Sequence record: SRR20825006_1074
Direction: 5' to 3' (one strand)
DNA length: 64,000 bases
Made by a program: the position numbers and the translations under genes. This document shows positions 49,482 through 60,200 of the stretch, in pieces; within the stretch, counting starts at the first letter, position 1; each line of letters starts with the position of its first letter. The notes beneath the pieces were generated by a model. It worked only from the letters and a program-made list of their open reading frames with translations, was not told where the DNA came from and searched no databases.

Positions 49482-49862
49482 ATGAAAACCGAAACCGTAG
49501 ACGGCGTGGCTTTTGAAACTTGGACCGTGGACGAGGTGCAAAAGGCCTTTGACGCCAATGACATCGTCCTGATCGACGTGCGCACGCCACAAGAATATAT
49601 GTTTGAGCATATCGAAGGCGCGCTGTTGTTTCCGATGTCGTTTTTCGCCGCCGACAAACTCCCGAGCCAAGACGGCAAACGGATCGTGTTCCATTGTGGC
49701 TCCGGCGTGCGCTCGGCGCGTGTCGCTACGGCCTGCGCCAAGGCGGGGATCACGCCGATCGCACATATGGAAGGTGGCTTTGGCGGCTGGAAGGCTGCGG
49801 GCAAGGCCTATATGGGCACCGACATGGCCTCTGGCGCACCAATGAGAGTTGCGGCGAAGTAA
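49482..49862 (+). CDS. single-domain rhodanese
   Basis: LIDVRTPQEY, HIEGA, HCGSGVRS, MEGG; AAGGA SD. Confidence 0.9.
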   Translation: MKTETVDGVAFETWTVDEVQKAFDANDIVLIDVRTPQEYMFEHIEGALLFPMSFFAADKLPSQDGKRIVFHCGSGVRSARVATACAKAGITPIAHMEGGFGGWKAAGKAYMGTDMASGAPMRVAAK

Positions 49863-49884
49863 CTGCACCTTTGAACGAGTGCAT

Positions 49885-49909
49885 GGGGCATCCTGCGGGG
49901 TGCCCTTTT
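49885..49909 (+). terminator. intrinsic terminator
   Basis: GGGCATCC-TGCG-GGGTGCCC followed by TTTT. Confidence 0.65.
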
Positions 49910-49913
49910 GTGT

Positions 49914-50675
49914 TTAACCGGCGAAAATGCGCGCCATTTCGCGGTCAAATTCGGCCCAGCTCATCGTCGCCTTATTGCCCGCATAGCCATGGTAATGAGA
50001 TTTTCCCGTCGAGGTCGGCAGCCCGGCCCAGATTTTGGCCAGGTTGTTCATAAATTCGCGTCGTGGGATTTGCCCCCGCCTCGCCTCATAAAGCCCCGCC
50101 TCCCTCAACAACATGTCGGACAAACGATCCTGAACGGCGGGGGTAAAGACCACCTCCGGCCCCAAATCCAATTCGGTGACGAGGCGGGCCAGTGTTTTTG
50201 GAATAAATTGATAGCGACCAATGGCATGGGGCTGACTCGGCGTGGCGTCGATCCATGCGAAAATCTCACCCAGAGTCATTTGCGTCGGCCGCTTGCGCGG
50301 CAGGACCTTGGCCGCATGTTGAATCGCATCATAGCCATCCCGGCGCGACTCGGCGCGGCCAATGACGTTGCGGATCACCGCAAGATACCCAGATTCATCG
50401 TTGGGCACAGAGATCGTCGGCGTAGACGGAAGGCGGGGCGGAGCGGGATCAAACAAGCTTCCAGACACACGCCCGACAAAGAGGCTCGGCCCAAAGGCAG
50501 ATTCTTGGCCAAGGGAGACCGGCACAAGCGATTGAGGGATCACTCCGATCAAAGGCGCACGGTCCGCAAACAGGGATTGAGGCTCCGCATCACCACGCGA
50601 CCCGACGCTCACGAGCATCACCACAGACATCACAAAACGGGGCGCACACCGCCAAACGCAATTCTTGCGAAACAT
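49914..50675 (-). CDS. lysozyme-like protein (lambda-R/GH104-like)
   Basis: AES...GYD, AIGRYQFIPKTL, QDRL, KIWAGLP pattern of lambda-type muralytic enzymes. Confidence 0.7.
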   Translation of the reverse strand: MFRKNCVWRCAPRFVMSVVMLVSVGSRGDAEPQSLFADRAPLIGVIPQSLVPVSLGQESAFGPSLFVGRVSGSLFDPAPPRLPSTPTISVPNDESGYLAVIRNVIGRAESRRDGYDAIQHAAKVLPRKRPTQMTLGEIFAWIDATPSQPHAIGRYQFIPKTLARLVTELDLGPEVVFTPAVQDRLSDMLLREAGLYEARRGQIPRREFMNNLAKIWAGLPTSTGKSHYHGYAGNKATMSWAEFDREMARIFAG

Positions 50676-50768
50676 ATCATCCTCATCGGCTGGCCTCCTT
50701 TGAGAAGGCCCGACAAGGGATAAGGAAAACTGGTTTAGATTCGGTTTAGACGCACCAAAGCGAACGCC

Positions 50769-50806
50769 AAAACAAGAAAAGGCCCCGGCACTTTCGCGCC
50801 GGGGCC
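50769..50806 (-). terminator. amtB terminator
   Basis: Minus strand GGCCCCGGCGC-GAAA-GTGCCGGGGCC followed by TTTTCTTGTTTT. Confidence 0.85.
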
Positions 50807-50831
50807 AATCTGTTTGATCTGTTAAAGGCGA

Positions 50832-52160
50832 TTAGCCTTTGTAGAACTCGGGGTAGGCTTCCATGCCAAGCTCAGCTTTGTCGAGGCCAGTGATCTCGGC
50901 TTCTTCGGAGACGCGGATGCCGCCGAAAGCCTTGAGAACGAGCCAGAGCACCAGGGAGACCACGAAGGTGAAGGCGCCGATGGACACGATACCGACAAGC
51001 TGAGTGCCAAAGGAGGTGTCAGCGTTGGTCAACGGAACCGCGATGGTGCCCCAGATACCGCAGAGCAGGTGAACCGGGATGGCGCCAACAACGTCATCGA
51101 TTTTCAGCTTGTCGAGGAACGGCACAGCGAAGACCACGATGATACCGCCGATGCCACCGATGATCAGGGACATGAAAAGCGACGGAGCAAGCGGTTCAGC
51201 GGTGATGGACACAAGGCCAGCCAGCGCACCGTTGAGCACCATGGTGAGGTCGATTTTGCCGTAGATGATTTGCGTCAAGATCAGTGCCGCGATGGAACCC
51301 GCAGCAGCGGCCATGTTGGTGTTCACAAAGATACGGCCAACGTCGGTGATGTCGCCAACAGTACCAGCAGCAAGCTGCGAGCCACCGTTAAAGCCGAACC
51401 AACCGAGCCACAGGATGAACGTACCCAAGGTGGCGAGTGCCAGATTGGACCCCGGGAACGCAGTGACTTTGCCGTCTTTGTATTTGCCGATACGCGGGCC
51501 AAGGACCAACGCGCCAGCCAAAGCAGCCCAGCCACCAGCAGAGTGTACCAAGGTGGACCCAGCGAAGTCGGAGAAACCCATTTCGGAGAGGAACCCGCCG
51601 CCCCACTGCCAGGAAGCTTCGATCGGGTAGAAGAAACCGGTCAGAACGACAACAAAGATAAAGAACGGCCAGATTTTGATGCGCTCAGCCAAAGTACCGG
51701 ACACGATGGACGCGGTGGTCGCACAGAACATCAACTGAAAGAAAAAGTCAGATGCGACAGAGGCATAGCCCAAATCGGCATCTGCCACAGCCAAGCCAAC
51801 CGGCTCCATTGTGGCGCTGCCAACAGCACCGAGGAAACCCGGAATGATCCAGGCGTCGCCCGGATACATCAGCGAATAGCCGATGAGCCAGTACATGACG
51901 GCCGCGATGGAAAACAACACAACGTTTTTCAACAACTGCGTGGTCACGTTTTTGGAGCGCACGAGGCCCGCCTCCAACATCGCAAAACCCGCAGCCATCC
52001 ACATGACGAGGAAACCGCCAATGAGGAACAGCAGCGTGGTCATGATGTACGGGCCGATTTCGTCAAAGCCAGGTACCGCCACTTCGGCATCCTGCGCAAA
52101 AGCCACAAGCGGAAGCAAAGTCGCCACCGCAGAGGCCGGAATGAGTTTGGTGAGTTTCAT
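50832..52160 (-). CDS. amtB: ammonium transporter
   Basis: FFQLMF, DFAGSTLVHSAGG, WLGWFGFNGGS, DDVVGAIPVH. Confidence 0.96.
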   Translation of the reverse strand: MKLTKLIPASAVATLLPLVAFAQDAEVAVPGFDEIGPYIMTTLLFLIGGFLVMWMAAGFAMLEAGLVRSKNVTTQLLKNVVLFSIAAVMYWLIGYSLMYPGDAWIIPGFLGAVGSATMEPVGLAVADADLGYASVASDFFFQLMFCATTASIVSGTLAERIKIWPFFIFVVVLTGFFYPIEASWQWGGGFLSEMGFSDFAGSTLVHSAGGWAALAGALVLGPRIGKYKDGKVTAFPGSNLALATLGTFILWLGWFGFNGGSQLAAGTVGDITDVGRIFVNTNMAAAAGSIAALILTQIIYGKIDLTMVLNGALAGLVSITAEPLAPSLFMSLIIGGIGGIIVVFAVPFLDKLKIDDVVGAIPVHLLCGIWGTIAVPLTNADTSFGTQLVGIVSIGAFTFVVSLVLWLVLKAFGGIRVSEEAEITGLDKAELGMEAYPEFYKG

Positions 52161-52195
52161 GTGTTTCAAGTCCCTTTCGTCTCGGGTAGCGCGAC

Positions 52196-52706
<511 letters not shown>

Positions 52707-52806
52707 GAAAATAAAGCCATCGCAGCGACTCGTTTCCCCTCAACATTCCGGCAAGCTCTCTGTAAGCTGTCCCATAATCAAAAACGGCAATGATCGAGCA
52801 AAGCCC

Positions 52807-55002
52807 ATGACCGAACCCAGACGGGGCAAGAGTAAACTTGTCGCGGAGCGCCGCTATCCTGCGAAAAAGCAGGCTCCAAAGGCACAGGCAAAAAAGACTG
52901 CGCCTCAAAAGGCCAAAGCGTCTAAATCCGCAAGATCGCGCAGACCGGCCCGAAAGCCCCCCTCCTCTTTGTTCATGCGCCTGTTTGGTGGGCTGTTCGG
53001 ATGGGTGTTCCGTCTGATTTGGATCGTGACATCGCGGGTGGCGCTGATCGGCGCGCTCGTGCTTGGGATCGCGGTGTTTTACATCTACACAACCCTGCCG
53101 CCATTTTCTGATCTTTTGGACGGGCGCGCGCGCGGCTCGGTCACGCTTTTGGACCGCAATGGCTCGGTCTTTGCCTGGCGCGGCGAACAATTCGGCGGCC
53201 AGATCACCACCGACACGGTGTCGCCCTATCTCAAAGAGGCCATCGTCGCCACTGAGGACCGCAGATTCTACAAACACTTCGGCGTCTCCCCGCGCGGGGT
53301 TGCCTCGGCGATCAAGATCAACCTGTCCGAAGGCCGCAGCGCCTTGTCCGGTCACGGCGGCTCGACGTTGACGCAACAGACAGCCAAGCTTTTGTGCCTT
53401 GGGGTGCCTTATGATCCCAAAACGTGGAAAAATCAGACGGAATACGAAGCCGATTGCCGTCAGGGGTCTTTGACGCGCAAGATCAAAGAGGCTGTCTATG
53501 CGCTTGCGATGGAAGTGCGCTATTCCAAGGATGAAATCCTTTCTATCTACATGAACCGTGCTTATTTGGGCGCCGGTGCCAACGGGTTCGAAGCCGCTGC
53601 ACAGCGCTACTTTGGCAAATCCGCAGCCGAGGTGAACATTGCAGAATCCGCCATGCTGGCGGGGCTTTTGACGGCACCGTCCCGCTATGCACCCACCAGC
53701 AATTTAGAACGGTCTCAGGATCGCGCGGGCATCGTGTTGTTGCTGATGAACCAACAGGGCTACATCACCGATGACGAACGCGCCTATGCCAAGGCCCATC
53801 CAGCCGAGCTGTCTGACACCGCCGAAAAACGCGCGGGCGGATATTTTGCCGATTGGGTGATGGGGGCGGGCCCGGACTTTTTGACCCGCGACACCACAGA
53901 AGACGTGGTGATCGACACCACGCTCGACCAACGCATCCAAACAGCGGCGGAAGACGCGCTGACATGGGTGTTTGAAAACAAGGTGCGCGAAGGCTCCAAA
54001 GCCCAGGCCGCGATTGTCGTCATGTCCGCAGACGGAGCCGTGCGCGCCATGGTGGGCGGACGCAAGCTCAAGGTCTCGGGTGCGTTCAACCGCGCGACTC
54101 AGGCCAAACGCCAACCCGGCTCCTCGTTCAAACCCTTTGTCTATGCCACGGCGCTGGACATGGGGTGGTCCTACGACAGCCCAATCGTCGACGAGCCTCT
54201 CACACTCAACATCCCCGGTTCCGGGCCATGGTCGCCGCAGAACTATGACCGCAAATTCCACGGCACCGTGACGCTGACCGACGCGCTGCGCCACAGCTAC
54301 AACATCCCGGCGGTAAAACTCGCGATGGATGCGGGATTGGAAAACGTGCGCACCGTGGCCGAAATGTTCGGCATCGAAAGCGATCTGGCGCAAGGCCCCG
54401 CTTTGGCGCTTGGCGTGTCAGAAACCACGCTTTTGGAAATGACGGGGGCCTATGCCGGGATTCTCAACGGCGGCTCGTCTGTGTCACCCTATGGCCTCAA
54501 ATCCCTGCGCCTGAAAGGCGACAACACGCCGTTGATGGGACAGGATGGCGGTCTTGGCGAGCGGGTGATCACGCCCGAATCGGCACAGGAGTTGATCTAC
54601 ATGATGTATAACGCGGTCCAATCCGGCACCGGCGCGCGGGCGCAAATCCCCGGCGTCGAAGTGGCGGGCAAAACCGGCACAACACAGGCCGCACGCGACG
54701 CATGGTTCATGGGCTTTACCGCCGATTATGTCGCGGGGGTCTGGATGGGCTATGATGACAACGCGCCTTTAACCGGGGTCACAGGCGGCGGTCTTCCGGC
54801 CGAAATTTGGCAAAAGACGATGGAAAAGGTGCAGGAGGGGCTTGAACCGAAACCCCTGCCGATGATCCGCCCCGCCGCCCCACCCAGGGTCAATCCACAG
54901 TTCCCGGGCAACACGACGTCGTCCAACAGCCGCTCTGGCGACAAGGCCGACAATGTGTTGCTTGATCTGCTGGGGGCGATCTTTGGGGGTGGGAATAACT
55001 AA
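52807..55002 (+). CDS. class A penicillin-binding protein (PBP1A family)
   Basis: EDRRFY, GGSTLTQQ, RKIKE, SSFK (SxxK), SYN, KTGT. Confidence 0.93.
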   Translation: MTEPRRGKSKLVAERRYPAKKQAPKAQAKKTAPQKAKASKSARSRRPARKPPSSLFMRLFGGLFGWVFRLIWIVTSRVALIGALVLGIAVFYIYTTLPPFSDLLDGRARGSVTLLDRNGSVFAWRGEQFGGQITTDTVSPYLKEAIVATEDRRFYKHFGVSPRGVASAIKINLSEGRSALSGHGGSTLTQQTAKLLCLGVPYDPKTWKNQTEYEADCRQGSLTRKIKEAVYALAMEVRYSKDEILSIYMNRAYLGAGANGFEAAAQRYFGKSAAEVNIAESAMLAGLLTAPSRYAPTSNLERSQDRAGIVLLLMNQQGYITDDERAYAKAHPAELSDTAEKRAGGYFADWVMGAGPDFLTRDTTEDVVIDTTLDQRIQTAAEDALTWVFENKVREGSKAQAAIVVMSADGAVRAMVGGRKLKVSGAFNRATQAKRQPGSSFKPFVYATALDMGWSYDSPIVDEPLTLNIPGSGPWSPQNYDRKFHGTVTLTDALRHSYNIPAVKLAMDAGLENVRTVAEMFGIESDLAQGPALALGVSETTLLEMTGAYAGILNGGSSVSPYGLKSLRLKGDNTPLMGQDGGLGERVITPESAQELIYMMYNAVQSGTGARAQIPGVEVAGKTGTTQAARDAWFMGFTADYVAGVWMGYDDNAPLTGVTGGGLPAEIWQKTMEKVQEGLEPKPLPMIRPAAPPRVNPQFPGNTTSSNSRSGDKADNVLLDLLGAIFGGGNN

Positions 55003-55018
55003 AGCGTTTCGAAATAAG

Positions 55019-55046
55019 AAAAGCGCGCCAAACAGGGCGCGCTTTT
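55019..55046. terminator. bidirectional terminator
   Basis: AAAAGCGCGCC-AAACAG-GGCGCGCTTTT between convergent genes. Confidence 0.8.
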
Positions 55047-55065
55047 CAGGGTGAGTTGAGGCGCT

Positions 55066-55662
55066 TTAGGCCAAAGAGGCCGTCAGCTTGTCAATATTGC
55101 CTCCGACCTTATCAAGCATCGCCCCAATTTCCGCGCGTTCGGATTTCAACAAAGAAATCCCCTCGATGGTCAGATCGATGAATTTGCCGGATTTATCGGC
55201 CACAATAAAGGAAATCGCAAAGGGCGGCTCGCCTTTCAAAATCGCGGTGCAGCGCACATCATAGATCGAATTGATCTTTTGCGTGGTGTTGACCTCGATC
55301 TTGCCACCAATGAATTCACGGAAGCGCGAGCCATATTTGCGGGCGATATAGGTTTGAAACGCTTTGGTGAACGCCGCCATTTGCGCCGCAGAGGCCGAGC
55401 GCGCCGGCGGGCCGACCACCGAGCGCGAGATGTTTGGCATATCGGCATAGCGCACCAAAGTGCGTTCGAAATCAACATACATCGCCGCCTCGGATTTGCC
55501 CGAGTTGATAATGGCGTTGATGTCGCTCACGACCTTGTCGATCAGCGCCTCTGCCTGACTTTCTGAAAAAGCAAACCCGGCCGTTGGAAAAGCGACAACG
55601 GCCGCCATAGAGGTTATAAGCGCCCGGCGGGACAGCCCAAAGTTACGCGCGAAGTTACTCAT
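55066..55662 (-). CDS. MlaC/Ttg2D family phospholipid-binding protein
   Basis: FIDLTIEGISL...ER-E C-terminal motif; downstream of the VacJ-like gene. Confidence 0.82.
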   Translation of the reverse strand: MSNFARNFGLSRRALITSMAAVVAFPTAGFAFSESQAEALIDKVVSDINAIINSGKSEAAMYVDFERTLVRYADMPNISRSVVGPPARSASAAQMAAFTKAFQTYIARKYGSRFREFIGGKIEVNTTQKINSIYDVRCTAILKGEPPFAISFIVADKSGKFIDLTIEGISLLKSERAEIGAMLDKVGGNIDKLTASLA

Positions 55663-56416
55663 AGAAATCCTCATAAATGTCGTAGGGTGTGGCCTGACCT
55701 TCGGCACTGTCGCTTGCTCCGATCGGAGTCCCAAGCGCGTAGTGGCGATTGTCGAGATAGGTCAGGCGCATCTGTGCATAGCCATCGGCGCTGTCATACA
55801 CGAGGGACTCGTAAAGGTCCGAATAACGATAGCGTGTATCGGCCAGTTTCGCGACTTTCAGCCCGGTTTTATAGCTGCTTTCAGGTGTGCCAAACACATG
55901 CCCAATTGGGTCCAGCGCGATATCGACAACCAAACCCAAAGCATCGCGTTCGGTCGACGGACCATAGACCGGGAGCACAACATAAGCCCCCTCGCCCACG
56001 CCCCAGCGATGCAGGGTTTCGCCAAAATCACTGTCGCGCGGTTCAAGCCCCATACTGGTCGCCGGATCAAACAGACCCGCGATCCCTACGGTTGCGTTGA
56101 CCAAAAAGCGCGCCGTATTGTGAACGGCATCGCCCAATTGCACCTGCAACACGTCGTTGACCACCGTGCCCGGAATTGACAGCGTGTCAGACACATTCGC
56201 CAAGCCTTTGCGCAACGGGTCTGGCACCACTGTGCCATAGGCCGTTGAAACCGGTTTGATCACCGCACGGTCCAGCGCCACGTTGGTGTCATGCCAACTG
56301 CGGTTGGTTTCCTCATAGGGATCATTGATCCCGCCCGTGCTGTTTGGGGCGGCACACCCGGCCAAAAAGGCAACAATCAAAACGGGTGACAGACGGAATA
56401 AGTTGAATTTTATCAT
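55655..56416 (-). CDS. VacJ/MlaA family lipoprotein
   Basis: Lipobox LAGC, DPYEETNR, DFGETL, YVVLPVYGPSTERD. Confidence 0.92.
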   Translation of the reverse strand: MIKFNLFRLSPVLIVAFLAGCAAPNSTGGINDPYEETNRSWHDTNVALDRAVIKPVSTAYGTVVPDPLRKGLANVSDTLSIPGTVVNDVLQVQLGDAVHNTARFLVNATVGIAGLFDPATSMGLEPRDSDFGETLHRWGVGEGAYVVLPVYGPSTERDALGLVVDIALDPIGHVFGTPESSYKTGLKVAKLADTRYRYSDLYESLVYDSADGYAQMRLTYLDNRHYALGTPIGASDSAEGQATPYDIYEDFYE

Positions 56417-56605
56417 GGATTGATCTGGTGACAGCCCCAAATGAGAACGCTATACCCGCCACATAATCGTCTTGCGGCGAAAGCCCAATGTTAACACTGT
56501 TTGTGTTATCGAGATGTGACAAAGATTCAACAGGTGGTGGCGCCAGACCGGCGATAAAGCACTCAAAATCGGCAGATTGACGTAAATTGAGCAAATGACT
56601 CCCCT

Positions 56606-58345
56606 ATGACGCAAGACCAAACCCGCCAAGGCCAACATGAACTCGCCTCGGTCCGCCGCCGCTCCCGGGGTCTCTTTTGGGCCACGGGGGTGTTTTCCGT
56701 CTGCGTCAACCTGTTGATGCTCACCGGCCCGTTGTTCATGCTCCAAGTCTATGACCGCGTTTTGGGTTCGGGCTCTGAGGCCACGTTGGTCGCGCTTTTC
56801 GTCATTGTCGCCTTTCTCTATCTGATGATGGGCCTGCTTGATGGCATTCGCGGCCGCGTCCTGTCGCGGATTGCCGCGCGGTTCCAATCTGACCTCGAAA
56901 CGCGGGTGTTTCATGCTGCCATGTCGCGGGCCGCACGCAGGCCGCGCGACAAAAGCCAGTCTCGCGCCATGGACAATCTCGCGGCCCTGCGCCGCTTTTT
57001 CGGCTCGCCCGCGTTTTCTGCCCTCTACGATCTGCCATTCACGCCGGTGTTTCTTTTTGGCATCGGGTTGTTTCACCCCTACCTCGGCATGTTGGCCGTC
57101 GGCGGCGGCGCGGTTTTGGTCGCTCTCGCCTTACTGCATCGCGCCATTGCCAAACCGGCACAGGGCGCTGCCCTTCAGTCCGAAACAGAGGCCGCACAAA
57201 TGGCCAGCCGGATGACCACCGCCGCCGAAGCCCTTCAGGCACTGGGGATGCAAGAGGCCGCCTATCGCCGCTGGATGCGGGCGCGTGGTGCCGCTCTGGC
57301 CCGCTCTGTGATCAGCGAAGATACCACCCATGGGTTTACCGCCGCCTCCCGCGCGCTACGGCTGTTTTTACAATCGGCCATGCTGGCGCTTGGCGCGTGG
57401 CTTGTGCTGCAAAAAGACGTGTCTTCGGGCGCGATGATCGCCAGTTCGATCTTGTTGGGACGCGCGTTGCAACCGATCGACATTTTGATCGGCCAATGGA
57501 ATCTCGTGCAACATGCCCAACGTGCTTGGGCTGATCTCTCTGAACTGTTGGGCGCCTACCCGCCCCTGCCCGAGCGCACAGAATTGCCCCGCCCCATGGC
57601 CGCGTTGACGGTGCAAAACCTCACCATCGTACCGCCGGGCCAAACCCAAGCCTCGCTGCGGAGCATCAGTTTTGGCCTTTTGCCCGGCGAAGCCCTTGGC
57701 GTGATTGGGCCTTCGGGGGCAGGCAAATCGACCCTTGCGCGCGCGTTGACGGGGGTCTGGCCCCCCAACACCGGATCGCTGCGTCTGGATGGCGCGAAAC
57801 TGTCGCATTATGCGCCTGAGGTTCTCGGCTCCTACATCGGCTACTTGCCGCAACAGGTGCAATTGTTCGACGGCACCATCGCGGAAAACATCGCCAAACT
57901 CGCCCTCAGCCCGGATGCGGAGGCCGTGGTGCTCGCCGCCCAAAAAGCCGACGCGCATAATTTGATCCTATCGCTGCCTGAGGGTTATGACACGCAAGTC
58001 GCCTCTGCTGGCGGGCTGTTGTCGGGTGGCCAGTTGCAACGCATCGGCTTGGCACGGGCCTTTTACGGCAATCCGGTGATCGTGATCCTGGATGAACCCA
58101 ACTCGAACCTCGACAATGATGGCTCTTTGGCGCTCAACGCAGCAATCCGCCGCCACAAGGCCGAAGGCGGAGCCGTGTTGATCATGGCCCACCGCCCCTC
58201 GGCCATTCAGGAATGTGAAAAGCTTTTGGTGCTCGATGGCGGGTTGCGCCGCGCCTTTGGACCGCGTGACGCGGTGCTCACCGAAATGGTCAAAAACTCC
58301 AAAGACATCCTGCGCAAAAACGCTGGCCAAGGGGGCATTCAATGA
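56606..58345 (+). CDS. type I secretion system permease/ATPase (PrtD family)
   Basis: LFMLQVYDRV, GPSGAGKST, LSGGQ, LDEPNSNLD, AHRP. Confidence 0.93.
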   Translation: MTQDQTRQGQHELASVRRRSRGLFWATGVFSVCVNLLMLTGPLFMLQVYDRVLGSGSEATLVALFVIVAFLYLMMGLLDGIRGRVLSRIAARFQSDLETRVFHAAMSRAARRPRDKSQSRAMDNLAALRRFFGSPAFSALYDLPFTPVFLFGIGLFHPYLGMLAVGGGAVLVALALLHRAIAKPAQGAALQSETEAAQMASRMTTAAEALQALGMQEAAYRRWMRARGAALARSVISEDTTHGFTAASRALRLFLQSAMLALGAWLVLQKDVSSGAMIASSILLGRALQPIDILIGQWNLVQHAQRAWADLSELLGAYPPLPERTELPRPMAALTVQNLTIVPPGQTQASLRSISFGLLPGEALGVIGPSGAGKSTLARALTGVWPPNTGSLRLDGAKLSHYAPEVLGSYIGYLPQQVQLFDGTIAENIAKLALSPDAEAVVLAAQKADAHNLILSLPEGYDTQVASAGGLLSGGQLQRIGLARAFYGNPVIVILDEPNSNLDNDGSLALNAAIRRHKAEGGAVLIMAHRPSAIQECEKLLVLDGGLRRAFGPRDAVLTEMVKNSKDILRKNAGQGGIQ

Positions 58346-59649
58346 CACCGCCCGATCAAAAATGGTCTGCCCGCCGCGCGGTCTGGATCGGTCTGTTTTT
58401 TGTTGCCCTGCTGATCGGCGGCTTTGGCGGGTGGACGTTTCTGGCGCGGATTGATGGGGCGGTGGTCGCCGCCGGTCAGGTTCAGGTCGAACAAAACCGT
58501 CAAGCTGTGGCGCACCGCGATGGCGGCGAAGTGGCCGCCGTGCATGTTACAGAAGGCACGCAAGTAGCGGCGGGCGATCTATTGCTCGAACTGTCCTCCG
58601 ATGAATATGTCAACGAAATCGCCGTGCTCGAAACCCAACTTTTTGAATTGTTGACCCGCAACGCCCGCCTCGAAGCGGAGCGCGACGGGGCCACTGAGAT
58701 CGCCCTCTCTAAGGCGCTCATCGCCCGTATGGAAACCGACCCACAGGTCGCGCGCGCCGTGGAAGGTCAACGGGATTTGTTCGCCGCGCGCCAACTCACG
58801 GCGCGGGCCGAGGTCAGTCAGCTTGACAAAAAGCGCAGCCTGATCGAGGTCCAAATCCGCGGCTTGGAGGCGCAAAAATCGGCCCTCTCCGAAGAGGCCG
58901 CGTTGCTGCAAGAGGACCTGACCGCACAGGCCGATTTGCTCACCCGCGGTCTGACCCAACAAAGCCGGGTGATCGCCCTGCGCCGCGACACGGTGCAATT
59001 GGCCGCCGACATCGGCGAACTGGAAACCGCACAGGCGCAAGCGCAGGTCCAAATCACCGAAATTGACCTGCAAATTCTCAAGGCGGGTTCCGATCGGCGG
59101 GAGGCCGCCATCACCGAGTTGCGCGACATTCAGGCCTCTGTTGGGCGGTTGCGCGAACAGGTGCGCGGCCTGACGTCCAAGCTTGACCGGCTTGACCTGC
59201 GCGCGCCCGTCTCTGGTGTGGTCTATGGGCTCAAAGTCTTTGGTCCCGGCGCCGTGGTGTCGCCCGCGACCCCCGTGCTTTATATCGTGCCGCAAGACCG
59301 CCCACTCATCATCACCGCCAAAATCAGCCCGATGCATGTGGATCGGGTCTATCCCGGCCAACCCGTGCGCCTGCGGTTTTCAACCTTTGATCGCCGTACC
59401 ACGCCCGAACTACTGGGCACGGTCACACGCGTGTCACCCGATGCCTTTATCGACGAGGCGACCCGCGCCAGCTACTACAGCGTCGACATCAATATCACGG
59501 AGGAGGAGCGCGCCCGACTGCCGAAAGGCTCGGTCCTTATTCCCGGCATGCCGGTGGAAGCCTATATGTCCACTGGCGAACGGTCGCCTTTGGCCTATCT
59601 GACCAAACCACTGGCCGATTATTTCATCCGTGCGTTCCGCGAAGATTGA
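58342..59649 (+). CDS. HlyD/PrtE family type I secretion adaptor
   Basis: N-terminal TM, coiled coil, APVSG, IPGMPVE, GERS. Confidence 0.92.
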   Translation: MTPPDQKWSARRAVWIGLFFVALLIGGFGGWTFLARIDGAVVAAGQVQVEQNRQAVAHRDGGEVAAVHVTEGTQVAAGDLLLELSSDEYVNEIAVLETQLFELLTRNARLEAERDGATEIALSKALIARMETDPQVARAVEGQRDLFAARQLTARAEVSQLDKKRSLIEVQIRGLEAQKSALSEEAALLQEDLTAQADLLTRGLTQQSRVIALRRDTVQLAADIGELETAQAQAQVQITEIDLQILKAGSDRREAAITELRDIQASVGRLREQVRGLTSKLDRLDLRAPVSGVVYGLKVFGPGAVVSPATPVLYIVPQDRPLIITAKISPMHVDRVYPGQPVRLRFSTFDRRTTPELLGTVTRVSPDAFIDEATRASYYSVDINITEEERARLPKGSVLIPGMPVEAYMSTGERSPLAYLTKPLADYFIRAFRED

Positions 59650-59735
59650 GCGTACCAAGACCAAAATTCGACCTCCCCAAGTCGACCCAAACATGTCGCC
59701 TCTAAAATGCGACACTGACACAAAGGAAGCCTTCT

Positions 59736-60200
59736 ATGTCCATCGACCTCATGGCCAAACTTGCCGACCTCGACCTGACTCTGCCCGATGCCCCTGCACC
59801 TGCTGCCAACTACGTGCCCTATGTGCAAAGCGGTGCACAGTTGTTTATCTCCGGCCAGATTTCCAATGGGCCGGACGGGTTGATCCTTGGAAAATTGGGC
59901 GCGGACATGACCACGGCGGAGGGCGCGGCCGCGGCTCAGACCTGTGCTTTGGCGCTTTTGGCCCAAGCCAATGCCGCCGTCGGCGGGGATTTTTCCAAAA
60001 TCAAACGGCTGGTGAAACTCGTGGGCTTCGTCAATTCGACACCTGAGTTCACCGAGCAACCTAAAGTCGTCAACGGTGCCTCCGATCTTATGGTCGCTGT
60101 CTTGGGCGAGGCGGGTCGCCATGCCCGCTCCGCCGTCTCCGCCGCCAGTCTGCCTTTGGGCGTCGCGGTTGAGATCGAGGCCATTTTCGAGCTGAATTGA
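59736..60200 (+). CDS. RidA/YjgF family protein
   Basis: PAANYVPY, ISGQ, NGASDL, HARSAV, VEIE. Confidence 0.92.
   Translation: MSIDLMAKLADLDLTLPDAPAPAANYVPYVQSGAQLFISGQISNGPDGLILGKLGADMTTAEGAAAAQTCALALLAQANAAVGGDFSKIKRLVKLVGFVNSTPEFTEQPKVVNGASDLMVAVLGEAGRHARSAVSAASLPLGVAVEIEAIFELN

Noticed and set aside
38104-50675. Prophage or GTA lysis cassette (holin-like cidA/lrgB plus lysozyme-like gene)
   Set aside because: The genes are about 11 kb apart, separated by housekeeping genes, with no structural, integrase or att signals.
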